From positions 75,596 through 139,595 of IMG/VR virus record IMGVR_UViG_3300046534_001374: a DNA stretch of 64,000 bases, one strand, 5' to 3'. The translations under genes were made by a program, and so were the position numbers. Positions within the stretch are counted from its first letter, which is position 1. Every line of letters begins with the position of its first letter. Shown here one piece after another: positions 1-9,729 of this stretch. The notes beneath the pieces are model-generated. The model ran no database searches. It was not told the origin of the DNA and saw only the letters and a list, made by a program, of their open reading frames with translations. Origin of the DNA: a virus.

Positions 1-126
1 ATCCTTGATCATCGACACATTAATGCCGCTCTCACCAGAACCAATTGTGGTTCTGGTGTATTTTACCCACCCCAAATCAAAAAGATGTTCCAGTGCGTCG
101 ATATCTTCGTATTCAGTAATTTTCAT
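1..126 (-). CDS. hypothetical protein (partial, runs off window start)
   Basis: ATG at 126 (MKITEYEDIDALEHLFDLGW...), open to window edge, tightly downstream of 136..732. Confidence 0.55.
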   Translation of the reverse strand, partial: MKITEYEDIDALEHLFDLGWVKYTRTTIGSGESGINVSMIKD

Positions 127-135
127 ATTAAAGTC

Positions 136-732
136 CTATTGGATTACGATACCTCTTCCGCAATCAGAGACACTAGCTTCTGTGAGTTGGTCAAGCTTGA
201 ATTGTGCAATCGATCCAGTTTTGAGGTAATTCCTCTTGATGAAGTTTTTGGCTCTAACAGGTGCGCCGCTATTTACAGGCTTCTTCGGTGGCCCTTCCTT
301 GATCACCACTCGCTCCACCAGAAGACCTTTTAGATGGACCGACCCAGTTGCAATATGCTCCTTCGTCGCTGGCCCTACCCGCCTGTAGGCGTCAAGTTGT
401 CCATTGGAACGGTTCTTCGACTCGGTAGTTTCTTTCCTAAGACCCTTGATAAGGGCATCTTTAGCCTCCTCCAAGATGTCTTTGGGGGTTTTTGTATCGT
501 GGTGTTTGTCGAACTTTGTTAGGATATCGGCGAATTCCAAAACATCTCCTTTGGTTGGGGTCCATTTATCGAGGAATTCCAAATCAGCATTAACACCGTC
601 TTCGTATGACATTCCGGCGTTAATTACATAATCGGACACTTCCCCCTTCGCGTTGGTATACCCCTTCACTTTAACGAAGAGGCAGTCTGTTTCGGGGATT
701 TGGCTTAGTTGGTCTGCAAGTTTTGTTGACAT
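136..732 (-). CDS. phage hypothetical protein
   Basis: 198-aa ORF in tightly packed minus-strand run. Confidence 0.7.
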   Translation of the reverse strand: MSTKLADQLSQIPETDCLFVKVKGYTNAKGEVSDYVINAGMSYEDGVNADLEFLDKWTPTKGDVLEFADILTKFDKHHDTKTPKDILEEAKDALIKGLRKETTESKNRSNGQLDAYRRVGPATKEHIATGSVHLKGLLVERVVIKEGPPKKPVNSGAPVRAKNFIKRNYLKTGSIAQFKLDQLTEASVSDCGRGIVIQ

Positions 733-741
733 GTCGTTATA

Positions 742-1518
742 CTAAAGGTTTTTTTGAATGTTGTCAAGGGATTTTTCATCCACGATCAGATTTTTTGTCT
801 GGAATCCAAAATCCCCAAGGTCAAATTCTTGATCCTCTGAGTATGCTGGCATCCCGTCAGCACCCACAATAGCACCTAATGCGCTACCGTCAAGAGAATC
901 TTCAGATTCTCCACCTTTTTGATCTCCATTTTCGTCTAGAATCTCGCTAACATAATCAATTCTAGCTTCCCTTGAACCTGTCACCTCGTCAATGAATGCG
1001 CATTTAGATGTAGGGTAGAGTGTTTCGGCTAATGGTCCTCCAGTTGCATATTCCATATAAAAAGTATTCAGGAGATTGTCAAAACCTCTTCTGAAGTCAT
1101 CGTTGATTTCTTCTGGAACTTCGATCCCGTCTTTGTCGTCGATAGGGATGAAATAAATCATATGATAGTATTCCATAGACCTTTTAGTAATTTCAATACT
1201 TTCAGCCAAAAATCCATCAGAAATCTTATCGGCCCCTAGAGAATAAAGAAACATAGTTACCGCTAGATTGTCAAGTAAAGTCCTGTCCATAATGACTCGC
1301 CTGTTCGTGTCTCTTTTCTGCCACAAGCCTTGTGCTTGTTTAAACATGAAATCTCGAATCAATCTCTGACTTTCTTCTGTTCCATTTTCATAAAGATCCA
1401 AATTAGGGATATCCCTATAAGATTCTGCTGGTTGTCCGTATCTAGGAAACTTCTTAACGAAGTCTTTAATAAATGTAGACTTCCCCGTTTTTGTTGCGCC
1501 TGTTGTCCCTATAATCAT
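742..1518 (-). CDS. P-loop nucleotide kinase-like ATPase (AAA_28/NadR-like)
   Basis: N-terminal Walker A GATKTGKST and DRTLLD motif typical of this kinase-fold family. Confidence 0.7.
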   Translation of the reverse strand: MIIGTTGATKTGKSTFIKDFVKKFPRYGQPAESYRDIPNLDLYENGTEESQRLIRDFMFKQAQGLWQKRDTNRRVIMDRTLLDNLAVTMFLYSLGADKISDGFLAESIEITKRSMEYYHMIYFIPIDDKDGIEVPEEINDDFRRGFDNLLNTFYMEYATGGPLAETLYPTSKCAFIDEVTGSREARIDYVSEILDENGDQKGGESEDSLDGSALGAIVGADGMPAYSEDQEFDLGDFGFQTKNLIVDEKSLDNIQKNL

Positions 1519-1522
1519 TTTC

Positions 1523-1804
1523 TTATAACCAATTAAAATTTACAATAGTGCTAATGCCTAGCCTACCCGATACCGAATCGTCGTCAGATATAGTATCTAC
1601 TATATACCCTAGAGCTTCTAGTTCGTTGGTATAATACGCCCTTTCTTGTAATGAATTACATACAAATTGGCTACAACCAATACCCTTTCTAGAATCTTCT
1701 GCAACATCGTCCAAAAGTTCTACTAAGTTTTCTTTCCAATATTTTAGCTGTGAATCTACATAGTTATTGTAGTTTTCCATAGCTGCTTTAGCGGTGATTT
1801 TCAT
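1523..1804 (-). CDS. hypothetical protein
   Basis: 93-aa ORF, packed operon. Confidence 0.6.
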   Translation of the reverse strand: MKITAKAAMENYNNYVDSQLKYWKENLVELLDDVAEDSRKGIGCSQFVCNSLQERAYYTNELEALGYIVDTISDDDSVSGRLGISTIVNFNWL

Positions 1805-1808
1805 ATTT

Positions 1809-2141
1809 CTAAATTCCTGCTCTACTTAGGATTGAATCATTAGAACAAAAAACTGATTCTAGAACAAAAATTACAGATCTAATCTCGTCCGCTACAGGAA
1901 CTAGCTTTTCCACTGGAGGTTCGTCATCACATGACGCAGGGCGCGGATAATCCTCTCTCAATACAGGTTTAAATTGATTTTCTAAATCCACAGACTGGTC
2001 TCTCAGCATCGCGGCAATAGTATTCAATTGCTCTATATATTGTTCAACTTCTGTCAAGCTTCTTGGACAGGCACTACTCACATCATTACTCGTTACGTTA
2101 TTAATATTCATAAATTTATTTTGTTTCTTGTTTTTCGACAT
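1809..2141 (-). CDS. hypothetical protein (coiled-coil)
   Basis: 110-aa ORF, packed operon. Confidence 0.55.
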   Translation of the reverse strand: MSKNKKQNKFMNINNVTSNDVSSACPRSLTEVEQYIEQLNTIAAMLRDQSVDLENQFKPVLREDYPRPASCDDEPPVEKLVPVADEIRSVIFVLESVFCSNDSILSRAGI

Positions 2142-2571
2142 ACATAAACACCTGCTTCTCTCTTGCGAAGATGTATTTAGATCCCGCGAAGGTAACAGGG
2201 ATACCTGCCTTCTGCTCTAGAACAACGGTATATCCTTGTTTGGTGTATTTAACATTGTCACCAACCATTACCACTTTACATGCCTTGAAAACATTACCAC
2301 CTTGTTGATCTCTAAAAGCTTCCTCGGAGAAGACTAGACCATTTTTAATAATCAAACCATCGTCGGTTCTTTCTTCATTATCCAAAACGATATCTTCCAA
2401 AAGAATAACATCGTCGGGAACACCTGTTACTACGAAACCATCCAGAGGTAATTCGTGACACAATTCTTCATCCCACAATTCTTCACCTGTAGAAGTTCCT
2501 GCGTCATTACTTTCGAGTTTTGGTTCAAATACCAATTTTTGTTCTGCCCTTTCAGTTCTAGCCATAAACAT
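2116..2571 (-). CDS. groES: co-chaperonin GroES-like (gp31 analogue)
   Basis: DDVILLE...EERTDDGLII...KVVMVGDNVKYTKQGYTVVLE...G..YIFAREKQV follows the Cpn10 pattern. Confidence 0.75.
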   Translation of the reverse strand: MFMARTERAEQKLVFEPKLESNDAGTSTGEELWDEELCHELPLDGFVVTGVPDDVILLEDIVLDNEERTDDGLIIKNGLVFSEEAFRDQQGGNVFKACKVVMVGDNVKYTKQGYTVVLEQKAGIPVTFAGSKYIFAREKQVFMYVEKQETK

Positions 2572-2613
2572 ACATTACCAGCAGTTTCCAACTATTCAAG
2601 TTACGGGACAAAC

Positions 2614-3033
2614 TTATTTAACAAAAACATCCATATACATAGGATTGTTATCTCTCATATTCCTATACTTCCCTGTTGTGGACACATATACGTCAAACAC
2701 ATAAGACTTTCCTTTAGAAGCCCTTTTCTTAGTTACAGCACTACCTCTATCCTGCACTTTGAATTTACCGTCACCGACGATACCTTTTAAGTCTGGGATG
2801 TAAATTTCAGTTCCAAAACCAAAATTAGGATGAGCAGCTACAGTGATACCTTCTTTAGCCCTTTTTGTTTTCGGGTCGGCAACTTGCGAACCCCATTTAT
2901 CCTGATTTGGATTATAGTATGTGATACGACAATGTATCTTCTTATTATACCCTATCATTTGTTTGAGGGGCAATTCTTTTGGTGCTGCTATAGTGGTTGT
3001 TAGTAATGTGATTAATAGTAATATAGTTTTCAT
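2614..3033 (-). CDS. 3D-domain (MltA-like) cell-wall lytic protein with signal peptide
   Basis: ITYY...TVAAHPNFGFGTEIYIP...VQDRGSAV...FDVYV 3D-domain pattern; hydrophobic N-terminus MKTILLLITLLTTTIAA. Confidence 0.75.
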   Translation of the reverse strand: MKTILLLITLLTTTIAAPKELPLKQMIGYNKKIHCRITYYNPNQDKWGSQVADPKTKRAKEGITVAAHPNFGFGTEIYIPDLKGIVGDGKFKVQDRGSAVTKKRASKGKSYVFDVYVSTTGKYRNMRDNNPMYMDVFVK

Positions 3034-3043
3034 AAATAGATGT

Positions 3044-3622
3044 ATGACTCGTTTTGAAGAATTGGCAAAAGCCTACTCCCTTGAATATTTTGGCAAACCT
3101 TTGATGGAAGCTGGTGTGGAGGGTATTGATGTTTTAGACGATGATCAAACCAGCGCAATACCAGAAACTGAAGAAAGTGGTTCGTCGGACATTGGTAAGT
3201 TATTACTCCTAACAAACATCCTTTTGAAAGCTGCTAAATTCAAGCCTAGTGATGAAGTGGTTGCATATTTAAATATGCCGCGTTTTAAGACACTATCCCC
3301 ATTTTCAAAATTAACAGCAGTAAGAAATCTTATTTCCGATCATCCTGAAATGATTGTTCAAGAAGCCGAGGGGGACGAAGGTGCTGAATTGGAAGATGGT
3401 GAAAATGATATGGAGCCTCCTATGGAAGGTGAGGTTGAAGACTTCGGTGAAGCTGAACTAGAACTAGACGAAGCAAGCGAAGAGGAGATTCTTAATTTAA
3501 CATTAAGAGTTCTTGAAATGGACCCATATAGTCTCCCGTCTACTCTTAGAACACTTCCGTCAAGAGCGACCGAGGAGAATTATGAGGAGATCATTACCGC
3601 ATTAGAGTCTATCCTTGTTTAA
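3044..3622 (+). CDS. acidic hypothetical protein, probably virion/late
   Basis: Start reassigned to ATG 3044 (MTRFEEL), preceded by TAAATA-N5 late motif. Confidence 0.6.
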   Translation: MTRFEELAKAYSLEYFGKPLMEAGVEGIDVLDDDQTSAIPETEESGSSDIGKLLLLTNILLKAAKFKPSDEVVAYLNMPRFKTLSPFSKLTAVRNLISDHPEMIVQEAEGDEGAELEDGENDMEPPMEGEVEDFGEAELELDEASEEEILNLTLRVLEMDPYSLPSTLRTLPSRATEENYEEIITALESILV

Positions 3623-3830
3623 GGGCTTTCATTAAATTTCCCTCAAGTGCTGCTTTAGACGGGAATCCTTTATCGAAAAAGGGTGCGATTCGTTCATCCA
3701 CAACGGTATCATACCCTTTGATGGATGGCTGTAAAAAGAACTTTTGATCTTTGGCCACTATATACCCTACGGTTCTTTCTCCGTATTGCACGACATATTC
3801 ATTGTCATTTTTAAGCGGCTTGTAACTCAA
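3609..3830 (-). CDS. hypothetical protein
   Basis: 73-aa ORF. Confidence 0.5.
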   Translation of the reverse strand: MSYKPLKNDNEYVVQYGERTVGYIVAKDQKFFLQPSIKGYDTVVDERIAPFFDKGFPSKAALEGNLMKALKQG

Positions 3831-3845
3831 GCTCTCCTGAGCACC

Positions 3846-3998
3846 TCAAGCCTCCTCCAAGGCTTTTCTAGATGAGGTATAACGATCTTGGAGTTTGTCA
3901 TCCAAGATAGTCTGTAGTATGGCAGAGGCTTTCTCGATGTCTTTACCTTGTGTTGCAGCTACAAACTCTTTAGTTTTTTCGTGTGGTTTATTTTTCAT
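3846..3998 (-). CDS. small protein resembling T4 prohead core gp67
   Basis: EFVAATQGKDIEKASAILQTILDDKLQD resembles the gp67 LIEAIKSNDLVAARKLF pattern; weak. Confidence 0.35.
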   Translation of the reverse strand: MKNKPHEKTKEFVAATQGKDIEKASAILQTILDDKLQDRYTSSRKALEEA

Positions 3999-4005
3999 TT
4001 CTACT

Positions 4006-4632
4006 TTAATTATCGATATCGGTTCGTAAATCAAAAGTCATCCTATCGTAGGCGAAAGAAAAGTCAATGTAAATAACGTCACCTTCCGTATTATTGTCTA
4101 GCGGATAACCGCCTAGCTTAGTGGGGACCACTCCATGAAAAGTATAAAGACCGATAGGTTTCTTATATTGCCCTAACAAAAATACACTGTAAGTTGTTGA
4201 GTAATGGTCCTTTTCAAAACCACCGACCACACCCTTTTCGATATCAACTAACATCTGCATCCATTTATAAATCGACCAATAGTTAGACATATTATCATCC
4301 ATTTTAAATTGTATGTCAATATCAGGAAAATCATCGTATTTCGTTCCTGCTTCGGTATGGCTACCCACACCGTAAGCAACCTTAGTTGCAGGTATGGAGA
4401 TGTCGGGGATTGTTATAGATCTAACACTTAATTCTAGTTTCTCAAGAGAGATCTCTTTGTCTGTGTCTCTGTTGACTCTGTTAAACTTCCTTAAGCATGT
4501 CGGTAAATCTAAGATAGTATCAAACTTGTCGTTATACAAATTATTCAGCTCACTAGTCCCGCCAGCAGATCCAAAAATCTTTGGCGGAAGTGCCTCTGGA
4601 GGACAGGTGGTATTTTTAACAACATCAGACAT
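4006..4632 (-). CDS. gp3: tail completion/sheath stabilizer (T4 gp3-like)
   Basis: VRSITIPDISIP...G.KYDDFPDIDIQFKMDDNMSNYWSIYKWM...YTFHGVVPTKLGG, tail-tube-fold gp3 pattern. Confidence 0.7.
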   Translation of the reverse strand: MSDVVKNTTCPPEALPPKIFGSAGGTSELNNLYNDKFDTILDLPTCLRKFNRVNRDTDKEISLEKLELSVRSITIPDISIPATKVAYGVGSHTEAGTKYDDFPDIDIQFKMDDNMSNYWSIYKWMQMLVDIEKGVVGGFEKDHYSTTYSVFLLGQYKKPIGLYTFHGVVPTKLGGYPLDNNTEGDVIYIDFSFAYDRMTFDLRTDIDN

Positions 4633-4672
4633 CGTAATTAATATTTAGTGTAGTGTGTAAATAATTACAGTT

Positions 4673-5335
4673 ATGCGAGACTCCGATATAATGAATGATG
4701 CCAAAGGACGATTCGATAAGTGGTCCGAAATCCATTTACAATATCATGATTTTTTGGATGAGGGATTTGAAGCTACTGATAGCGGTTATGGCAACACAAG
4801 TTATGATCCATCTATAACGGAATACTATCATACTGGCTGGTATGAGTTGAGCTTCACACTAGAAAAACCTATCCAAAAATTTACTAAAATATTATGGGAA
4901 TATTTTCCTTTGGATGAGTCTTACAAAAAAGACAATACGGCGGGTTCCGTGGATTGGTCTCATGATGAAAATACTATAGTGGTGGGTATTTCCTATTTTT
5001 CATTCTCATCTTTTTATACACACAATGATGAAGAAAATGAATTTCAAATTTTCTATAATGTCGCTAAAAATGAAGACTTGGGGGTTATAGCAGATATGCC
5101 GGATCATATCGTATGGGACAAGGATTCAACCGAAGGTGATATATATTTTGTTAAAAATGACATTGTAGAGTTAAAAACATTTCTTAACGTTTTTAACTCT
5201 ACTTTAGAGTTTGGTAATATAGACAGTGGTAAAATCGAGGAATGGGTTGAGGAGGAATATTCTGAAATTGTCCAATTAACTAACTCAAAAGATATCTTGG
5301 AAAACTTTGGATATTGGGAGGAAGAAAACTATTAA
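4673..5335 (+). CDS. acidic hypothetical protein
   Basis: 220-aa ORF preceded by TAATTA-N5 late motif. Confidence 0.65.
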   Translation: MRDSDIMNDAKGRFDKWSEIHLQYHDFLDEGFEATDSGYGNTSYDPSITEYYHTGWYELSFTLEKPIQKFTKILWEYFPLDESYKKDNTAGSVDWSHDENTIVVGISYFSFSSFYTHNDEENEFQIFYNVAKNEDLGVIADMPDHIVWDKDSTEGDIYFVKNDIVELKTFLNVFNSTLEFGNIDSGKIEEWVEEEYSEIVQLTNSKDILENFGYWEEENY

Positions 5336-5343
5336 TTACTAAT

Positions 5344-5673
5344 ATGATTGTTTTGGAATTGTTTGTTTTGTTTCTTTCTTCTCTGGGTATGATAAATATT
5401 TTGATTTATAGCCCATTGACTGAAGGTATTAGATCTTTCCTTATCAAGATATTCTCTAAATTTGGTAAGGAAAAAGTGGGACACTATTTATCACAGTGTC
5501 CCACTTGTATGGGTTTTTGGGTAGGAGTTATCATGCTCCTTGTGTGGCTGTCCGGTTTAGTGTGGTTTACACTACCATTTTCAATCAGCTTTCTAGGCTA
5601 TCTTGGCGGGCTGTATCTGTTTCCGCTACCTGAAAGGCTTGCTCCGAAACAGTTTCAGAAAAACCAGCCTTGA
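5344..5673 (+). CDS. DUF1360-like membrane protein
   Basis: TM segments with LSQCPTCMGFW motif. Confidence 0.6.
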   Translation: MIVLELFVLFLSSLGMINILIYSPLTEGIRSFLIKIFSKFGKEKVGHYLSQCPTCMGFWVGVIMLLVWLSGLVWFTLPFSISFLGYLGGLYLFPLPERLAPKQFQKNQP

Positions 5674-5884
5674 TAATATCGACAAACTCTATTTTTTCAC
5701 CGCCCTCCAAGTCCATCACAGAAGCACCCACTGCGATATTCATGATATGGATTAGTAATGTAGCTCTAAGAGCTACATCTTCGATCTCCATCAAATTGGA
5801 TCTAACAGAAACACCCATACCATCAAATTCGCCAGTTTCGTCGTCGGTATCCACATTGGCTGATAATAGCGTAAAATTAATCAT
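5585..5884 (-). CDS. hypothetical protein
   Basis: ORF from ATG 5884 (MINFTLL), coupled to a ~59-aa ORF at 5877-6056. Confidence 0.5.
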   Translation of the reverse strand: MINFTLLSANVDTDDETGEFDGMGVSVRSNLMEIEDVALRATLLIHIMNIAVGASVMDLEGGEKIEFVDIIKAGFSETVSEQAFQVAETDTARQDSLES

Positions 5885-6055
5885 GGTCTTCAGCTTTAGG
5901 GATTGCGACAACCACTTCTTGGATGTCCTTCTTTTCTAAACCAATCTTTTCCCAGTTGATATCACTGATATTGTTTGCGCTTTTTAACACATCCAAACCA
6001 GATTCTCCGACTTGTTTCGTGATCTGCTCTTGTATTCTTTTTACATCTTCTGTCA

Positions 6056-7897
6056 TTATAGTATTCTACTTTGTCCTTTTTCTTTTACCACGTTAATAAT
6101 TTTAGCATCGGGAATATCAAATTGTGTTTTGTGTGTAATGATATACGGGTTCTCTCCGTGCTCTTTTTGCCTTTCGACTAGGATTGCTGATATAGCATCT
6201 AAACCTGATTGGTCAACAGCATAATCAAAAGACTCGTCAATCAGTTTAATATTGAAACTAATCTGATTCTGAATTCTGAGGATATCAGAGAAAGTTAGGA
6301 ATAAGGCCATATTGATTCTCCACTTCTCACCGCCCGAGAATGACTCATACTGCATCTCAAGACCTCCTAACGTCTTCATGGAGTATTCCATATGCTCATC
6401 AAACAAAACCTCGCAAGGAGCACCAAGACGCATTAGATACGCATTAAGGCTAGTATTAAACAAGGTGATCAGTTTCGAGAGGATTGAACTTCTCAAACCC
6501 TTCTCGCTGAATACGATTTTTACGTGGTGTAAAACTTCGAGTTCTGTTTCTAGTGTTTCTAATTCGGTTTTAAAGATTTTAATCTTCTTTTCGGTCTCCG
6601 AATAATCCCTCATCAAGGTTTTCAAAATAGAACTGTCTTCCGGCTTCTTGATATCTTCCAGAGCATTTTTCCTATCCTTCTTAAGGATCTCGATTTCCCT
6701 AATCTTCTTTTCGTAATCAGAAATTTCTTTCTGATTCTTGAAAGCTTTGCTTGTTAGATCCGATCTAGCGTTTTGAACTTTAAATTCTTTCTGTTCGAGT
6801 AATTTGATCTCTTCGTTGAGTTCTTTATAATTCACTCGTTGATCAACGATCAATTCCAAAAGAGTTTCATTCTCATTAACCATTCTTTTACAATCAGCAT
6901 CGATAACATCTCTATCATCTTTGTCAATATCTTTACCACATTCGCCGCAAACCTTAGCTTTAGTCTTTCGTTCTACTTCTCTCTTATTAGTTTCGATAGT
7001 TGATAGGTTAATATCGGCTTCATATTTTATGGTAGAGCGTGATTCTTTCTTTACAGAAACCTTTGTTTGAATCTTAGTTAGTAACTGGGAATATTTATCA
7101 GTCTCCAACGCTAGATCTATCGCCTCGGGCTTATCACCGATAAAAGATTCCATTCTCGAAATTTCTATTTCAAGTCTTCCAAGCTGTTCTTGTTTCTTTT
7201 TGGTTGCATTTTCAAATTCAACCTTAACCGTTTTGATTTGATTCTTGATAATGGGGAGGTGTGGTTCGGAAGAGCTAATTTCGGTCTGCTTCTTACTAAC
7301 CTTTTTGCTGACTGTGTTGAATTCTTCTCTTGCCAGTTTCTCGGCTTCTTTGATATATGTGAAATCAAAAATAGTTCCAATGAACTTCTCCCTTTCAGTT
7401 TTCATCATACTAAAGAAAGAACCTGAGTCTGCTTTGGTTGCCATAGACTGCATGAAGACTTCCTTTTTGATACCTTTCAGTAGAGTGTCGGCAATGTATG
7501 CTTGTGTCGCAGGTGAATTACTTTGGGTTTTATTATCACCGTCTACAGTCAAAGTAAGCTTCGATGGATTAATTGTCCTGTTAATAACGACTGGGATAAT
7601 TGTGTCATCTTCCGCAATATCCAACTTCAATTCTACGATACATTTCTTCTTACCTCCACGATTGAATGGGATTGAGTCTTTGGGGAATTTCTTTCTAGAG
7701 GTCTCTCCATACAAAGCATAAACTAAACTGTCAAAGAAGATGGCAGTCTTACCAACTCCATTATTCTGGTCCTCTTGCCCTACAGTTCGGTTTTCACCTC
7801 TGATGAAATAAATACCGTCTTCGAATGTATAACTTACCTTCTCACCACAAGAAAGGAAGTATGAAAGGTCGATTGATTTAAATTTAATTCGTCTCAT
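6056..7897 (-). CDS. gp46: recombination endonuclease ATPase subunit (Rad50/SbcC-like)
   Basis: Walker A NGVGKT, coiled coil with CGEC zinc hook, signature FSGGE, Walker B LIDESFD, IITH. Confidence 0.93.
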   Translation of the reverse strand: MRRIKFKSIDLSYFLSCGEKVSYTFEDGIYFIRGENRTVGQEDQNNGVGKTAIFFDSLVYALYGETSRKKFPKDSIPFNRGGKKKCIVELKLDIAEDDTIIPVVINRTINPSKLTLTVDGDNKTQSNSPATQAYIADTLLKGIKKEVFMQSMATKADSGSFFSMMKTEREKFIGTIFDFTYIKEAEKLAREEFNTVSKKVSKKQTEISSSEPHLPIIKNQIKTVKVEFENATKKKQEQLGRLEIEISRMESFIGDKPEAIDLALETDKYSQLLTKIQTKVSVKKESRSTIKYEADINLSTIETNKREVERKTKAKVCGECGKDIDKDDRDVIDADCKRMVNENETLLELIVDQRVNYKELNEEIKLLEQKEFKVQNARSDLTSKAFKNQKEISDYEKKIREIEILKKDRKNALEDIKKPEDSSILKTLMRDYSETEKKIKIFKTELETLETELEVLHHVKIVFSEKGLRSSILSKLITLFNTSLNAYLMRLGAPCEVLFDEHMEYSMKTLGGLEMQYESFSGGEKWRINMALFLTFSDILRIQNQISFNIKLIDESFDYAVDQSGLDAISAILVERQKEHGENPYIITHKTQFDIPDAKIINVVKEKGQSRIL

Positions 7898-8168
7898 ATG
7901 ATTTAAAAAATTGGTTAAGTCTTTCGATCTTTGCCTTGGCCTTTCTTCTGAGATATCGATCTAGGGGTTCGAAAATTTCCTCCTCACCATTATCTCTATA
8001 CTCTCTCATGTCAGTGTCGGAATCCCATATAGAGTATCCCATAAACATAACAAGGTCAACCATACCGCCAGTTCGGTATTCAAAACATTGATAGTCATCA
8101 TCATTGAAGAAATCCATCATGTCGTAATTTAGAGTATGGACCAATTCAATTATTTTTTTAGTTTTCAT
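7884..8168 (-). CDS. hypothetical protein
   Basis: 94-aa ORF overlapping gp46 start. Confidence 0.6.
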   Translation of the reverse strand: MKTKKIIELVHTLNYDMMDFFNDDDYQCFEYRTGGMVDLVMFMGYSIWDSDTDMREYRDNGEEEIFEPLDRYLRRKAKAKIERLNQFFKSYETN

Positions 8169-8169
8169 A

Positions 8170-8898
8170 TTATTTTAAATCTTTAAATTTATCAGTTATA
8201 GCCTTTGTGTCTGCCATCAATCTTAAGACACTTTCCCTATCCCAAACTTTTGAATCTTCGAAGTTTCCAATCCCATTCTTCATATCAATACACATCTGAT
8301 ATGTATTGAGATATCCAGCAGCATCAACAATATTGTCTCTTTTCACTGAGTGTGTTTCTCTAGCAACTTTCAAAAGGGTCATCATTAGAGCCACGTCTTC
8401 GGGGGTGAGTTTAGAATCGGTTTTGTATTTCATATCGATATACCAATTCCATCCATCTGCAATGTTCTTGAAGTTTTCAGAAGGGTGGCCGTATGCAGAT
8501 TGTCTAGCTCCATTGGTAAGCTCTTCAGCTTCGTCCAAGATACTTTTATTTTCCTTTTTTGGGGTCTGTAACGAATTCAAATCTTCGTCTAGAATCTGCA
8601 TTCCAAATTCTTTCGCAAGAGCGCGTTCAATTGGCGCACCTCTGGAATTTTCCCAACCTTTCATCATGACTATACAATTACACTTCATTAGTTTTGCAAT
8701 ATCATTTTTCATATAATCCTCCCATGAAGGATTCTCGAAATCTAAATCCAACTTGGAAGGGTTGATGATCTCGTATGTAACATTGGGATATTCACTTTTT
8801 AGAGTTTCTGTTACATCCTTTTCTAACTGCAAAAAAGCTTCTTTGTTGTGATTTGGGATACCTGTCATTGGTCCCGAGATATAGTAAACGTTATGCAT
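8170..8898 (-). CDS. DUF4406 (nucleoside deoxyribosyltransferase-like) + DUF6378 fusion protein
   Basis: YISGPMTG...INP...GWENSRGA..E (DUF4406) followed by ILDEAEEL..G.RQSAYGHPSENF..IA..W...LLKVAR...DNIVDAAGY (DUF6378). Confidence 0.75.
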   Translation of the reverse strand: MHNVYYISGPMTGIPNHNKEAFLQLEKDVTETLKSEYPNVTYEIINPSKLDLDFENPSWEDYMKNDIAKLMKCNCIVMMKGWENSRGAPIERALAKEFGMQILDEDLNSLQTPKKENKSILDEAEELTNGARQSAYGHPSENFKNIADGWNWYIDMKYKTDSKLTPEDVALMMTLLKVARETHSVKRDNIVDAAGYLNTYQMCIDMKNGIGNFEDSKVWDRESVLRLMADTKAITDKFKDLK

Positions 8899-9384
8899 CT
8901 ATCGAGTTTCGTAAACTTTAGTGAAATCGGTATTGGGCATAAACCATGTATCCTTTACGTCAACCTCGCCATCTTCCTCTAGATTCCACAGAACCCAACC
9001 ATCGTTATTAGGGTTGGCGTATTCCATAGGTCCATCCAAAGTGCCCAGTTCAACAGGATTAATTCCAACTTGCTCTGCTTTGATTGGGTTCTTAGTCCAA
9101 AGATTAGAGGACCATTCATCGGGCATGAGACCTTCAAAAGGATTGTGTGAAGTCCATCCTACGGGATTGTGTTCATCGCCAGCAACTAGATGTGCGACTG
9201 TGTCTTTATCGTTAATCTGAACCCAACATCCTTTAAGATGTTCTTGTTTATTTCCTTCTCCCCAAGAAGTTGATTTGTCTAAGGAAATAGGGTCTGCGCA
9301 CCAAAACATCATTTTTGGTTCGTCTGTTTTTTTGTAGTAGGTTTTCATTTTTAGTTCTTCTGGTTTTCTGTAGTAGGTCTCCAT
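8899..9384 (-). CDS. PGDYG-like domain hypothetical protein
   Basis: C-terminal TLDGPM...GWVL...F..VYE pattern; start likely 9384 or 9348. Confidence 0.5.
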   Translation of the reverse strand: METYYRKPEELKMKTYYKKTDEPKMMFWCADPISLDKSTSWGEGNKQEHLKGCWVQINDKDTVAHLVAGDEHNPVGWTSHNPFEGLMPDEWSSNLWTKNPIKAEQVGINPVELGTLDGPMEYANPNNDGWVLWNLEEDGEVDVKDTWFMPNTDFTKVYETR

Positions 9385-9693
9385 AAATTTGAAGTTACCA
9401 TACGAATTCCTCAAAACAACCCCTAAAATGAAAATAATCGAAAATGTGGAAAACCTCAAAATTTCCCCGCACCTAAATATAATATATGTTTTATATAAGA
9501 TTAATACGGTTTTAAATGAAGTTGTTATAGTATTATGTGTTCCGCCAGAGGCGGTTATATTATTAATATTATATTAAAACCGTTTTTATTCTTTATTTAA
9601 TCCAGATTCTAAGAATATTTAATATCTAGGTAAAAATTTTTCAAGCCATAAAATGAAAAAAGATGAAAAAAGATTTTTATTTGCTTTGAAAAG

Positions 9694-9722
9694 TTGAATT
9701 CGCTTAGGCATTATGCTATAAT
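9694..9722 (+). promoter_or_regulatory. sigma70-type early promoter
   Basis: TTGAAT-N17-TATAAT, 7 nt before the uvsY ATG. Confidence 0.8.
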
Positions 9723-9729
9723 CCTTCAT

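Noticed and set aside
7245-7721. Long antisense ORFs in the track (e.g. 7245..7721, 8306..8716, 14766..15161, 56578..56988)
   Set aside because: Shadow frames of well-supported genes on the opposite strand, with no motifs or start signals
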